From the sequence record SRR31156797_7364: DNA of 35,722 nt. One strand, 5' to 3'. A program made the position numbers and the translations under genes. This document shows, one piece after another, positions 26,702 to 35,722 of the stretch. The notes beneath the pieces are model-generated. The model searched no databases. It was not told where the DNA came from and saw only the letters and a program-made list of their open reading frames with translations. Position 1 is the stretch's first letter, and each line of letters starts with the position of its first letter.

Positions 26702-29302
26702 CTATTTATCCAGCGCTTTTGCCACCATCTCGGTGATATCCATCACCTTCATTTTGCCCCGTTCCTTTTTGGGGATGGCTTTGACGCCCTTTTTCAGATT
26801 GTCTTTACATGCGGCGCAACCGGAAACAAGGATTTCCGCGCCCACCGCCATGGCATCCCGGACCCGTTCCGCGGCCATGGCTGCGGCCAGATCCGGATCA
26901 TTGGCCTGCATGCCGCCGCCGGCACCACAGCAACGGGCTTTAAGGCGGTTGCGACCCATTTCCACATATTCCAGCCCTGGAACGTTTTGAAGGATATTGC
27001 GGGGTTCTTCAAAAATATTGAAGGCACGGCCCAGATCACAGGGATCGTGATAGGTCACCTTTTTCCCCAGATCCCCATTCAGCTTGATCCGGCCGTCGTT
27101 GATCAGTTTTTCCAGATAGTGGACCGAATGGTAAATGGTGATGCCCAAGTCTCCTATTTCGGGATAGAGTTTGGCAAAGGTTTTGTAGCATCCGGCACAG
27201 GGTGTCACCAGTTCGCCGGCGCCCGTGGCCTTGATTTTTTCAATGAGCTTTTCCCCGTTGGCCTTAAATCCTTCACGGTCGCCCATGAGAAACAAAGGAA
27301 ACCCGCAGCAACTCTCGTTGGTGGCCAGGGTGGTGTAGTCCACCCCTGCCGCATCCAGCGGTTTGATGAGGCTGGGTACCATTTTCATGTCCAGGTAGCT
27401 GGGTACGCACCCCATGAACAGGAGGGTTTCCGCCCGGGGTTTGAGTTCTCTACTTTCCACCAGTTTCTTGAGAGCGGGCGGGTAGATGTCGATCCGGTCT
27501 TCCCTGGCGCCGGCATACACATTGCCGGTTTTGCTGATGTTGTCCTGCACCGCAAGAACCGGTTCGGGTGTCAGGCCGTCTTCGTATAGTTTTTCCCGGA
27601 CACTTTCAACGATTTCGTCCACCTTCACCTGGGCCGGACAGAAATAGGTGCAGGACTGGCAGGTGGCGCAGGTGTAAAAGGACTCGACAAATTCCTTGTC
27701 GGGTTCGATGGTGCCGTTTAGATAATTGAAGGCCAGCACATTGCGGCCCCGGGCATTTTTGCTTTCCCTATGCGTTATGCCGAAGGTGGGGCAGCCCAGA
27801 CGGCAGAAGCCGCAGCAGATGCAGGCCAGCAGTTCGTCATCAATGCGTTTTCCATAGGAATTGACGCCTTCCGGATGGTCGATGAGCGGTTGAAAGGCAA
27901 AATAGTCGTAAATGTCGGTTTTTTTCTTCTCCAGCCCCATCTTACCCGGGTTCAGGATATTATTGGGATCCAGGGCCTTCTTGATGGACCGCATCACGTC
28001 CAGGGCCGGCCCCAACTGTTTTTCAATGTACGGGGCACGGGCGAGACCGGTCCCGTGTTCGGCGGTGATGGTGCCCCCCATTTCAAGGGCCAGATCGGCC
28101 AGTTCGTCGGCGGCGGGCCGCAACCGATCCCATTCATCCTTGCTCCGCATGTCGGTGACCATGGTGGTATGGACATTTCCGTCGCCGATATGGCCGAAGG
28201 TGGTCATTAAAAGGTTATGTTTCTGGCTTATCTCCTGGGCGCGCTTGATCACTTCCGGAATTTTGGTGGGGGGGATACCCAGGTCTTCGGAAATGGCCAC
28301 CAGCCGGTGTCCCGGTTTGATCCGGGATAGGGTCGGTACCAGCTTTCCCCGGGCCGCCATGATTTCTTCGGCTTTTACCGGATCATCGGACCAGGTAAAC
28401 TCCTTGACCTGGTGTTTATTACAGATTTCGTTGATCCGTTCCATGTCTTTGACAACGGTTTCCCGAACCCCGTCCGACTCAATAATCAGCATGGCCTCGA
28501 TGCCGGTAATATCTCGTTCAATGGCTTTTTCCACCACCTTGAGGCTGTACTTGTCGAGAATCTCACAGGCGGTGAGCTGAATGCCGCTCCCGATGATATC
28601 GGTGACGGCCGCGCCCGCGGCAAAGAGGTCGTCAAAAATAGCCAGGGCCAGGGCATTGTATTCCGGAAGGACCTGAATTTTGACGGTAATCTCCGTAATA
28701 ACCCCCAGGGTTCCCTCGGCACTGGCAAAAACCCGGTTGAGATCATAACCGAAAGAGGATTTGGGGGTTTTAAAGCCGGTGTCGATGACGGTACCATCAA
28801 CCATGACCACCTTGAGATCCTTCACATAATCCCTTGCGGTTCCATATTTGACCGCCCGGTGACCGCTGGCGTTGGTGGACATCATGCCCCCGATGGTGGC
28901 GATGGCCTCGCTGCCGGGGTTGGGGGGAAACATGAGGTTCTGTTTCCCCAGTTCCATATTGAGTTGAAGACAAATGACACCCGGTTCCACCCGGGCATAG
29001 AAGTTGTCCTTGTCGATTTCCAGGATGTTGTTCATGCGGTGAAGATCCAGGAGGATGCCCCCGTTAACGGGCAAGGACGCCCCGGTGGTGGCGGTTCCCG
29101 AACCCTGCACGGTCACCGGAATCCGATTTTCACTGGCCAGCCCCATGATGGCGGAGACTTGTTCCGTGGTAAAGGCAAAAACCACCGCGTCAGGGACCCC
29201 CTCATGCACGGAAAGATCTCGAGAATAACTCAAGCATTCGACGCGATCGTCAAACACGTTTTCGCGGCCAACAATTTGGATCAGTTCGGGTATGATATCC
29301 AT
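26702..29302 (-). CDS. FAD-linked 2-hydroxyacid dehydrogenase (GlcD-like) fused to a 4Fe-4S + CCG domain (GlcF/HdrD-like)
   Basis: FAD_binding_4 (P.AVV, G.GT..TG, EGTLGVITE), GHIGDGNVH, AEHGTG, LDP..ILNPGK, two CxxCxxCxxxCP motifs, CCG, YHDPC and CCGAGGG. Confidence 0.9.
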   Translation of the reverse strand: MDIIPELIQIVGRENVFDDRVECLSYSRDLSVHEGVPDAVVFAFTTEQVSAIMGLASENRIPVTVQGSGTATTGASLPVNGGILLDLHRMNNILEIDKDNFYARVEPGVICLQLNMELGKQNLMFPPNPGSEAIATIGGMMSTNASGHRAVKYGTARDYVKDLKVVMVDGTVIDTGFKTPKSSFGYDLNRVFASAEGTLGVITEITVKIQVLPEYNALALAIFDDLFAAGAAVTDIIGSGIQLTACEILDKYSLKVVEKAIERDITGIEAMLIIESDGVRETVVKDMERINEICNKHQVKEFTWSDDPVKAEEIMAARGKLVPTLSRIKPGHRLVAISEDLGIPPTKIPEVIKRAQEISQKHNLLMTTFGHIGDGNVHTTMVTDMRSKDEWDRLRPAADELADLALEMGGTITAEHGTGLARAPYIEKQLGPALDVMRSIKKALDPNNILNPGKMGLEKKKTDIYDYFAFQPLIDHPEGVNSYGKRIDDELLACICCGFCRLGCPTFGITHRESKNARGRNVLAFNYLNGTIEPDKEFVESFYTCATCQSCTYFCPAQVKVDEIVESVREKLYEDGLTPEPVLAVQDNISKTGNVYAGAREDRIDIYPPALKKLVESRELKPRAETLLFMGCVPSYLDMKMVPSLIKPLDAAGVDYTTLATNESCCGFPLFLMGDREGFKANGEKLIEKIKATGAGELVTPCAGCYKTFAKLYPEIGDLGITIYHSVHYLEKLINDGRIKLNGDLGKKVTYHDPCDLGRAFNIFEEPRNILQNVPGLEYVEMGRNRLKARCCGAGGGMQANDPDLAAAMAAERVRDAMAVGAEILVSGCAACKDNLKKGVKAIPKKERGKMKVMDITEMVAKALDK

Positions 29303-29404
29303 GACATAACCTCCTGTAAATGTTTGTCCTAAATAGCGGTTGTCATCCTTTTTGAAAAGTGAAAGCAGAAAACCGTGACGGCTATGATTTAGCTACAATG
29401 TAAC

Positions 29405-29433
29405 TAAGTACCAGCCGTTTGAAGGATTGTCAA
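29405..29433 (-). promoter_or_regulatory. Possible sigma70 promoter for the dehydrogenase-dehydratase-ligase-thiolase operon
   Basis: Minus strand TTGACA (29433-29428), 17 nt ending in TGG, then TACTTA (extended -10-like). Confidence 0.4.
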
Positions 29434-29456
29434 GGCAAAAGAGAAACACCCTGATT

Positions 29457-30809
29457 TCAAGGGCCTTTTCCAAAAAGGCCCCTGATTTCCACTCGATCGA
29501 AAAGCCGGAAGGAATGTCTGATCTGACCGAGCCAGCCGGGGGTGTAAATATAATTGACCATGACGCCGCAGGATTCCCGCAGACCCTTGGGCGAAGGGTT
29601 GGCCAGAAAATGCACGTTTTTTTCGGAAACGGTTGCGCCGTTTCCCAGGTGAAAGCCCGCAACGGGATTGAGGGGCTTGTCCCGAGATCTCTTTTCTTCG
29701 GCAATGTAATGGTAAGCGATCTTGCGAAGCGGGCTTTTCAGGTCCTTTTTCAGTTCTTCGTCCCGGGTCCAAGACGCCTCACTTAAAATGGAAAGCAAAA
29801 TTTTGCAAAAATCGACCGAACCGGCGCCATTATTACCGCCGCGTTCCAGAATCTTTGCTGCTCCTTTCTTGGAGAAATAACCTAATATATCATTTTGCTT
29901 AAGGGAGAAAGCATCATCCTCTCCTTCCAGAATCGGTTTCAGGAATCCTTTCCAAAACCCGGGGATGGGACTCAAGGTAATAAAATTTTTAAGTTTTTTA
30001 TTTTCATCTTTGAGATAGGCCACCACTTTTCCGATCAACATCTTGCCCATCCCCAGCCCCACAAGGCCATTCTGGGTATTGTTGATGGAATAAAAAACAG
30101 CCGTATCGGTCCGGATTTCACCCGGTCGATTTTCGGGATCCAGCATGATTTCTCCCATACTGTGGGCAAATCCCCGGGTCAAGGCCACTTCGATAAAGAT
30201 GATGGGTTCATAGGGCATCAAGCGGTGGTAAAGGGCAAAGCAACGTCGGTCCTTACCCAGCCGCTGCCCCATCTCCTCAATGCTGGCCATGGGATGAACC
30301 AGGTCCCGATTTTTGATGAGGGCGATCTGCCTGTAAGCGGAATTCAGTGTGATTTCTTCCAGATAGAGAAATCCCTCTTGAAACCACATTTCAAACAGAA
30401 AGACAATATCCGAATCCAGGGGCCTCAGATCACTATCGGCATGGCGGTTGATGGAGAGCAATTCTCCCCGGAAATCCAGGAGGAATTTCAGCCCTCCCGG
30501 GGAGAGGGAGATTTTTTTGAACAACTCAAGGCGCGGTGAATAGGCCCGGTTTCTCAGTTGTGAAATCAGGCGGGGCCAGGATGGATCATGGGATTTGCAG
30601 TTGATAAGGTCATTTAAAATGGGCCGTAAATCCTCCTGAAGGACTTCCATACGCGCAATGATCGCTTTAAAGAGGTTTTCTTTTTCATTTTTGTCCAGAT
30701 TTTCATAGAGATTTTTGGCTTTTTGAAACAATACGCCCACATCTGCGTCTTTTTGCAGAATGTTTTGAAATACCGCTATTATTGCTTCAATGGGCTTTAG
30801 ATCCGGCAT
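29457..30809 (-). CDS. Malonyl-CoA decarboxylase
   Basis: GGLKFLLDFR, WF..GFL.LE.IT, VHPM, RRCFA.YH...P.EP+IFIEVALT, AVFYSI.NTQ.GL.G, TLSPIPGF, NPVAGFHLGNGA, GVMVNY.Y. Confidence 0.92.
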   Translation of the reverse strand: MPDLKPIEAIIAVFQNILQKDADVGVLFQKAKNLYENLDKNEKENLFKAIIARMEVLQEDLRPILNDLINCKSHDPSWPRLISQLRNRAYSPRLELFKKISLSPGGLKFLLDFRGELLSINRHADSDLRPLDSDIVFLFEMWFQEGFLYLEEITLNSAYRQIALIKNRDLVHPMASIEEMGQRLGKDRRCFALYHRLMPYEPIIFIEVALTRGFAHSMGEIMLDPENRPGEIRTDTAVFYSINNTQNGLVGLGMGKMLIGKVVAYLKDENKKLKNFITLSPIPGFWKGFLKPILEGEDDAFSLKQNDILGYFSKKGAAKILERGGNNGAGSVDFCKILLSILSEASWTRDEELKKDLKSPLRKIAYHYIAEEKRSRDKPLNPVAGFHLGNGATVSEKNVHFLANPSPKGLRESCGVMVNYIYTPGWLGQIRHSFRLFDRVEIRGLFGKGP

Positions 30810-31060
30810 GGGTGGATTCCTTGAAATAAGGTTCAATGTTCAGGAAAAATGTGGGCTCTGAAAGAGCACCCGCTTTTATATCATTTCAAAACCCCCAATG
30901 GCAAGATCAACCCTTTTGAATATCAGGGCGTTTAATGGGGAATTTAAAGACTGTTCAGTTGGAAGCGCACTTTACAATTTTTTTTCCCGGTGCTAGATTT
31001 GATGGCAAATTATCCTTCAAAAATGACCAAAAAAGCGGTTCCGTTTGGGAAGGTTATACC

Positions 31061-32584
31061 ATGATAAAAATTATCTTAGCTCTTTGCATGATTTTTTTAT
31101 GTTTGAACGCCCCGGGAACGGTATTTTCTCAAACCGAAAAGGACACCCTTGTGGTTTGTCTGGGAAAAGCCCAACCGAAAAGCCTGGATCCGGCTGTCAG
31201 TAATACCCGCCAGGTGTTAACCCTCTACCATAACTGGGGGGACACCCTCCTCTATCGAGATCCGGTGAGTGGAAAAATCGTCCCCGGTCTGGCCCTCTCC
31301 TACAGGATCCTGGAAAATGGTGATATGGAACTGACGCTTCGTAAAGGGGTTAAATTCCACAATGGGGAGCCCTTCAATGGGGCGGCCGTCAAGTTCTCTC
31401 TGGATCTTCTCAAGGAAACCGGTTCCCGGGTTTCACGATATCTGGTGGACATAAAAGATGTGATTGTTCTGGACGACCATCACATTCGCATTGAAGTGAT
31501 CAAACCCATCCCGACCCTTGCTCAACTCATTGCCAATGTTTTGTTCATTTATCCTCCGGAGCACTACCGGAAAGCGGGAAGAACAGGTTTCGGCCGATAT
31601 CCCGTGGGAACCGGTCCGTACCGGTTGGTTTCAAATACGGGTTTTTCGGAAATGAATTTTGAAAGAAATCCTCTGTACTTCGGCGGGGCCAAGGGGATGG
31701 CGAAAACACCGAAATTGAAAATCCGGATCATCAAGGAAACGATTCTGCAGATGGAAGCCCTCATTTCCGGGGAAGTGGACCTCATCCGTTCCGGCTGCGT
31801 CAATCCCGAACAGGTGCAGTTTTTGAAACAAGCCGATCAAGTGAAGATCCTCACCACGGATATCCTCCGGGTCTATTTTCTGGTGATGGATGCCGGGGGC
31901 CGAAGCGGAACAACCCCCTTTAAGGACAGAAGAGTGCGCCAGGCGGTAAATCACGCCATCAACCGGGAAGATATTATTCAAAATGCTTTTAGCGGGTTTG
32001 CCGTTTCATTGAACAGTGTGGTAAGCCCCCTTCATTTCGGTCACGAGAACCGTGTGACCCGCTATCCCTATGACCCTGCCAGGGCCAGACGGCTGCTGGC
32101 CGAGGCAGGCTACCCCACAGGTTTTGAAGTGGATTATTATGCCATTAACAACGAGAGTGCGGCTGAGATCATTTTAGAGGACCTTAAGGCCGTGGGAATC
32201 CGGGCAAACCCCAAATGGATGATGGGAAAATGGGATCAGCTCTATCAAAAGTTTCTAAATGGTAGAATCCCCCTGGCCTTCATGACCTGGGGCAGTTATT
32301 CCATTTTCGATGCCGGTGCGCTGTTGAACCATTTTTTTATGGCGGATTCCCGTGCCTGTTACGGAACAACGGCTGAGATCAACCGCCTTTTAGAGCAGGC
32401 AAACGGTGCTCGGGAGTTGGAAGAAAGGGAGAAACTGTTGTCCAAGGCTCAGAAAGGCATTGCCGACCAGGCGTTTTGGGTGCCCATCTGCTCTGTTGAA
32501 GTTATTTGCGCAATGCGGGCGGACATTCGGTTTCAACCGGCCGTGGATGAAATTGATCGATATTTCATGGCCTACAGGCCCTGA
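31061..32584 (+). CDS. ABC substrate-binding protein, family 5 (Dpp/Opp-like); no permease in the window
   Basis: Signal peptide from ATG 31061, SLDP, LRKGVKFHNGEPF, PVGTGPY, VRQAVNHAINRE, YDPARARRLLAEAGYP.GF. Confidence 0.9.
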   Translation: MIKIILALCMIFLCLNAPGTVFSQTEKDTLVVCLGKAQPKSLDPAVSNTRQVLTLYHNWGDTLLYRDPVSGKIVPGLALSYRILENGDMELTLRKGVKFHNGEPFNGAAVKFSLDLLKETGSRVSRYLVDIKDVIVLDDHHIRIEVIKPIPTLAQLIANVLFIYPPEHYRKAGRTGFGRYPVGTGPYRLVSNTGFSEMNFERNPLYFGGAKGMAKTPKLKIRIIKETILQMEALISGEVDLIRSGCVNPEQVQFLKQADQVKILTTDILRVYFLVMDAGGRSGTTPFKDRRVRQAVNHAINREDIIQNAFSGFAVSLNSVVSPLHFGHENRVTRYPYDPARARRLLAEAGYPTGFEVDYYAINNESAAEIILEDLKAVGIRANPKWMMGKWDQLYQKFLNGRIPLAFMTWGSYSIFDAGALLNHFFMADSRACYGTTAEINRLLEQANGARELEEREKLLSKAQKGIADQAFWVPICSVEVICAMRADIRFQPAVDEIDRYFMAYRP

Positions 32585-32605
32585 TCCATTCATTACCGGG
32601 TATAC

Positions 32606-33217
32606 ATGAACATCACCGTACGGAAGATTGTAAGACCGCTTTTTTGCTTAATTTTGATCATGTCCTGGGCCATCCTGCCTCAGGTGTCTCGTTCCTCGGA
32701 ACACCAAAATGCTCAAAAAAAGAAGATCTCGGCCCTTTACCTCTATAACTTTCTCCTTTTCGTGGACTGGCCGAAAAGTGCCCTATCCCATTGCAATACC
32801 ATCAAAGTGGTTATTTATGGTGATCCCCACCTATATGAGGCGCTGAAACCCATGGCAGGCAAGATGATCCGGGGGAAAAAACTGATTGTTGATTTTCTGA
32901 CAAAAAGTGAGGATTTCGATAATTCCTGCCAGGTGCTTTTTGTGGGCCACAAAGAAAAACCAGCCGTGAGGAGATTGCTTCAGAAAGTCAATGGCAAACC
33001 GATTCTGACGGTCAGCGATATGGAAGGATTTGTTCATCTGGGGGGAATGGTCGGTTTCAAAGACGGCGTCGATTCGCGGAAAAACCGAAAAAAGCAGAAA
33101 AGATTTATCATCAATCTGTCTGCTGTTCGTAAATCCCGTCTGAAAATCCGATCAAGACTGCTTCGGATATCCGATGTTGTATATGATACCAGACCCATAA
33201 CCCACATACAGCCATGA
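32606..33217 (+). CDS. YfiR family periplasmic protein (DUF4154)
   Basis: A.YLYNF..FVDWP, CQVLFV, PILTVSD..GF...GGMV.F, F.INL......L.I.SRLLR. Confidence 0.88.
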   Translation: MNITVRKIVRPLFCLILIMSWAILPQVSRSSEHQNAQKKKISALYLYNFLLFVDWPKSALSHCNTIKVVIYGDPHLYEALKPMAGKMIRGKKLIVDFLTKSEDFDNSCQVLFVGHKEKPAVRRLLQKVNGKPILTVSDMEGFVHLGGMVGFKDGVDSRKNRKKQKRFIINLSAVRKSRLKIRSRLLRISDVVYDTRPITHIQP

Positions 33218-33234
33218 AAGGTCTATAAATCGCC

Positions 33235-34911
33235 ATGATGCTTTTCAAAGACCGACCCATCAAACAAAAATTCTTTCTGGTCATCATGACCGTTAATATA
33301 TTGACCCTGCTCTTAGGTTTCACAAGCTTTGTGGTTTATGACCGATGGGAAATTCGTCGAACAGTGGTAAGCCAGACCGCTACCATTGCCGATATCCTGG
33401 CCTACAATTGCACCGCCGCCCTGTTGTTCGATGATACGGAAGATGCCCGGGAGACCCTTGATTTTCTCAGGACAAAACCATCCATTGTTTCCGTTTGGAT
33501 TTTTACGGAACAGGGGGCCCCTTTGGCCCATTATGTTCGAGAAGGTTTTGCTACACCGGAAATGCCGCCACTGATTCAAAAAGACGCTTTCGATTTTAAA
33601 AGCCAGATGTTGAATCTATATAAAACGGTTCGCATGGAAGATAAACCCATCGGAACCGTTTATATACAATCGGATATGCGCCAAATGATGAAACTCATAA
33701 GAGACCATTTCATCATTGCCTCTCTGGGTTTTCTATTTTCCGTATTCATTTCCTTGCTGATCACCATCCGGCTGCAAAAAACCATTGCAAAACCGATTGT
33801 TGATCTGGCGTCTTTGTCCCGGACGGTTTCAAATGAAAAAGATTTCTCGGTGCGGGCACATAAATACGGTGAAGACGAAATCGGTTCTCTGGTGGATGCT
33901 TTTAACGAAATGCTACACCAGATCGACCAACAGAATGTTTCCCTTGTACAGGCCAGGAAAAGCGCTGAAGAATCCGCCGGGGAAGCACTTCGCCTGGCTG
34001 AGCGCGTGACCCACACCAATTTAGAGCTGGAAAATGAGATCCGGATCCGAAAAGATGTGGAAAAAACCCTCCAGAAACATCGCGAGAGCCTGGAGGAACG
34101 GATTCGCGAGAGAACGGCGGAATTGCGTGAGATCAATCAACAGCTTACGGGGGAAATTTCCGAGCGGGTGGCGGCGGAGAAAAAAATTCAGGATTCCCTG
34201 GACGAAAAAGTGCTGCTGTTGGGTGAGATCCATCACCGTGTGAAGAATAACCTGCAGGTGATTTCCAGCCTGATGGATCTGACCCGCCGAAGGACCTTGA
34301 GTGAAGAGGCGAAGACGGTACTGGCCGATGCCCGGTCAAAGATTTATGCCATGAGCCTGGTTCACTCTCAGCTGTACCGCAGCGAGTCTTTCACCCGCAT
34401 CGATATGGCGGTTCATATTCGAAGACTGCTGGCGTCCATGGCCCAGATTTACACCAACAGCTATGGAAGGATTCGTCCCAGGATTGAGTGTGCCCATGTT
34501 TTTCTGTCCGTAACCCAGGCCATTCCCTGTGCCCTGGTATTAAACGAATTGATGTCGAATGTATACAAACACGCCTATCCTGAAGATGCAAAGGGGGAAT
34601 GCCTGATCACCATGGAAGTGATGGATAAAAAACGGATTCATTTTCGTGTACGGGATAAGGGGGTTGGAATTCCGGAGGATATTGATATTGAAGGTACCGA
34701 AACACTCGGTTTGAAATTAATTCGTAACCTGGTCCGAAAACAGCTCAAAGGCGAAGTTTCGTTTAAAAACAATAATGGCATGGATATTGTGGCGGAATTT
34801 CCCGTTGACCATGATGACGTGTTGATTCATGGGGGACCGGACCTCACACCCGACGGACGATTTCCATCCGACCGGAAGGTGCCCGGACAAAACGGCCTCG
34901 GTCAGACGTGA
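33235..34911 (+). CDS. Membrane sensor histidine kinase (periplasmic sensor-HAMP-coiled coil-HisKA_2-HATPase)
   Basis: Two TM helices, AALLFDD (YfiN-type sensor), DEIGSLVDAFNEML (HAMP), EIHHRVKNNLQVISSL, LNELMSNVYKHA, D.GVG, LGL. Confidence 0.9.
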   Translation: MMLFKDRPIKQKFFLVIMTVNILTLLLGFTSFVVYDRWEIRRTVVSQTATIADILAYNCTAALLFDDTEDARETLDFLRTKPSIVSVWIFTEQGAPLAHYVREGFATPEMPPLIQKDAFDFKSQMLNLYKTVRMEDKPIGTVYIQSDMRQMMKLIRDHFIIASLGFLFSVFISLLITIRLQKTIAKPIVDLASLSRTVSNEKDFSVRAHKYGEDEIGSLVDAFNEMLHQIDQQNVSLVQARKSAEESAGEALRLAERVTHTNLELENEIRIRKDVEKTLQKHRESLEERIRERTAELREINQQLTGEISERVAAEKKIQDSLDEKVLLLGEIHHRVKNNLQVISSLMDLTRRRTLSEEAKTVLADARSKIYAMSLVHSQLYRSESFTRIDMAVHIRRLLASMAQIYTNSYGRIRPRIECAHVFLSVTQAIPCALVLNELMSNVYKHAYPEDAKGECLITMEVMDKKRIHFRVRDKGVGIPEDIDIEGTETLGLKLIRNLVRKQLKGEVSFKNNNGMDIVAEFPVDHDDVLIHGGPDLTPDGRFPSDRKVPGQNGLGQT

Positions 34912-34970
34912 CCAAATCACCCGCTTTGATGAAATTCATGGGGCCCTGTGTGTGCCCCCTCAAATGAAAA

Positions 34971-35414
34971 TCAGAAAATACCGAGGGATTTCAGAAACGT
35001 TCCCAAGGCGCCGAGGATGGAGATGCCGATGGCAATGGTGAACATGCGAAGGGTGAAACCCCGCTGCTTTTCGTCCCGGTAGTCCAGTTTGTCCCCCAGC
35101 CGCTCAATGGAAGCGATGATCTGCTCGAAACGTTTGTCTACCTGTTCAAAGCGTTTGTCTACCTGTTCGAAACGCTTGTCCATATCCCCCTTGATGGCAT
35201 CAAAGCGCCTGTCCATGTCGCCTTGCATGGCATCAAAACGCTTATCCACATCGCCCCGGAAATCCTTGAGATCATCGCTGAGACGATCAATCTGCCCCTG
35301 CATATGATCAAATCGGACCTCGAAGTATTTGGATGTGGGTATGATTTGCGCCACCAGCACATCCACGGTCTTCTTGTCCAGGGTCAGGCTGGCTTCTTCT
35401 GGCTGGTCGGTCAT
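34971..35414 (-). CDS. Coiled-coil repeat protein with C-terminal TM anchor (DUF1640/Bdr-like)
   Basis: Repeats DKRFDAMQGDM / DRRFDAIKGDM / DKRFEQV / DKRFEQV / DKRFEQI, and a C-terminal hydrophobic helix. Confidence 0.75.
   Translation of the reverse strand: MTDQPEEASLTLDKKTVDVLVAQIIPTSKYFEVRFDHMQGQIDRLSDDLKDFRGDVDKRFDAMQGDMDRRFDAIKGDMDKRFEQVDKRFEQVDKRFEQIIASIERLGDKLDYRDEKQRGFTLRMFTIAIGISILGALGTFLKSLGIF
35118..35255 (-). repeat. In-frame 21-nt and 33-nt tandem repeats within the coiled-coil gene
   Basis: cgtttgtctacctgttcaaa(g) is repeated, and two 33-nt units contain atggcatcaaa. Confidence 0.8.
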
Positions 35415-35497
35415 GGAAAACCCTAATTACTAGGAAAATACCCCTTGCTCTCATGTTATTCCCCCGAAAGCGGAACTTCGGAGCATCTCGAAATACC

Positions 35498-35575
35498 CCG
35501 GTGAGAGCGGCGTCTCGCCACGATAATCAAGACTGAACCCGCCAAAGCGACGGCGGGTGAAAGCCTCTCTCACGG
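35498..35575. repeat. Degenerate inverted REP-like doublet forming a multi-stem structure
   Basis: gtgagagcggcgtctcgccacgat ... gcgggtgaaagcctctctcac. The two ends pair, and there is an internal perfect stem ACCCGCC/GGCGGGT. Confidence 0.5.
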
Positions 35576-35722
35576 AAAAAAGGGCCTAAAAAGGAAAATC
35601 ATTTTCATGGGAAAAATGATATTTGAAACATTGCCCCATGTCAAGAAAAACGGTAATTTATCTTTTTATTCCGAGGTGTTCTGCTCGGATCTGTTGAAAC
35701 CACCGGCTATATGCCCACATCC

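Noticed and set aside
35505-35570. Hammerhead ribozyme (GTC...CTGA...stem...GAAA)
   Set aside because: The core reads CUGAA rather than CUGANGA, GAAA is not followed by the base needed to pair with GUC, and stem I is weak on that strand. A REP doublet explains it better.
1-35722. CRISPR array, rRNA/tRNA genes, integrase or prophage genes
   Set aside because: No regularly spaced repeat-spacer units and no recognisable sequences of these types were seen by eye.

Overview
The gene content suggests an anaerobic deltaproteobacterium (Desulfobacterota-like; this is an inference). The window opens with the 3' end of fhs. A visibly more AT-rich accessory region (~620-19100) follows and holds three things. 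(i) A compact, apparently intact RiPP-like cluster: a GT2/SunS-like glycosyltransferase plus a PqqD/RRE on +, converging on a minus-strand unit of nucleotidyltransferase, an unannotated 56-aa peptide ending in Ser (4605-4775, below the ORF-track cutoff), a second PqqD/RRE and an HPr-kinase-related kinase. No cyclase, radical SAM, protease or exporter is in the window. (ii) A ring of decayed genes around that cluster (AAA_14/DUF4143 ATPase, GAF-Fis regulator, IS1634 fragment, GNAT tail, MaoC). The ATPase, cluster and regulator lie between two copies of a 26-bp sequence identical at 25 positions. (iii) A TetR-led operon joining an acyl-CoA ligase, a Liv-type ABC importer and a three-part corrinoid methyltransferase system. 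The right half is core-like metabolism and signalling: YkgJ, Na/Pi transporter, thiolase, acyl-CoA ligase, dehydratase activase, a lone 2-hydroxyacyl-CoA dehydratase subunit, a GlcD-GlcF/HdrD fusion, malonyl-CoA decarboxylase, an SBP-YfiR-histidine kinase unit and a repeat coiled-coil protein. The best candidate for a new system is the kinase/NTase/GT/dual-RRE peptide-modification cluster at 1906-5870. All family calls come from motif recognition by eye; no searches were run.
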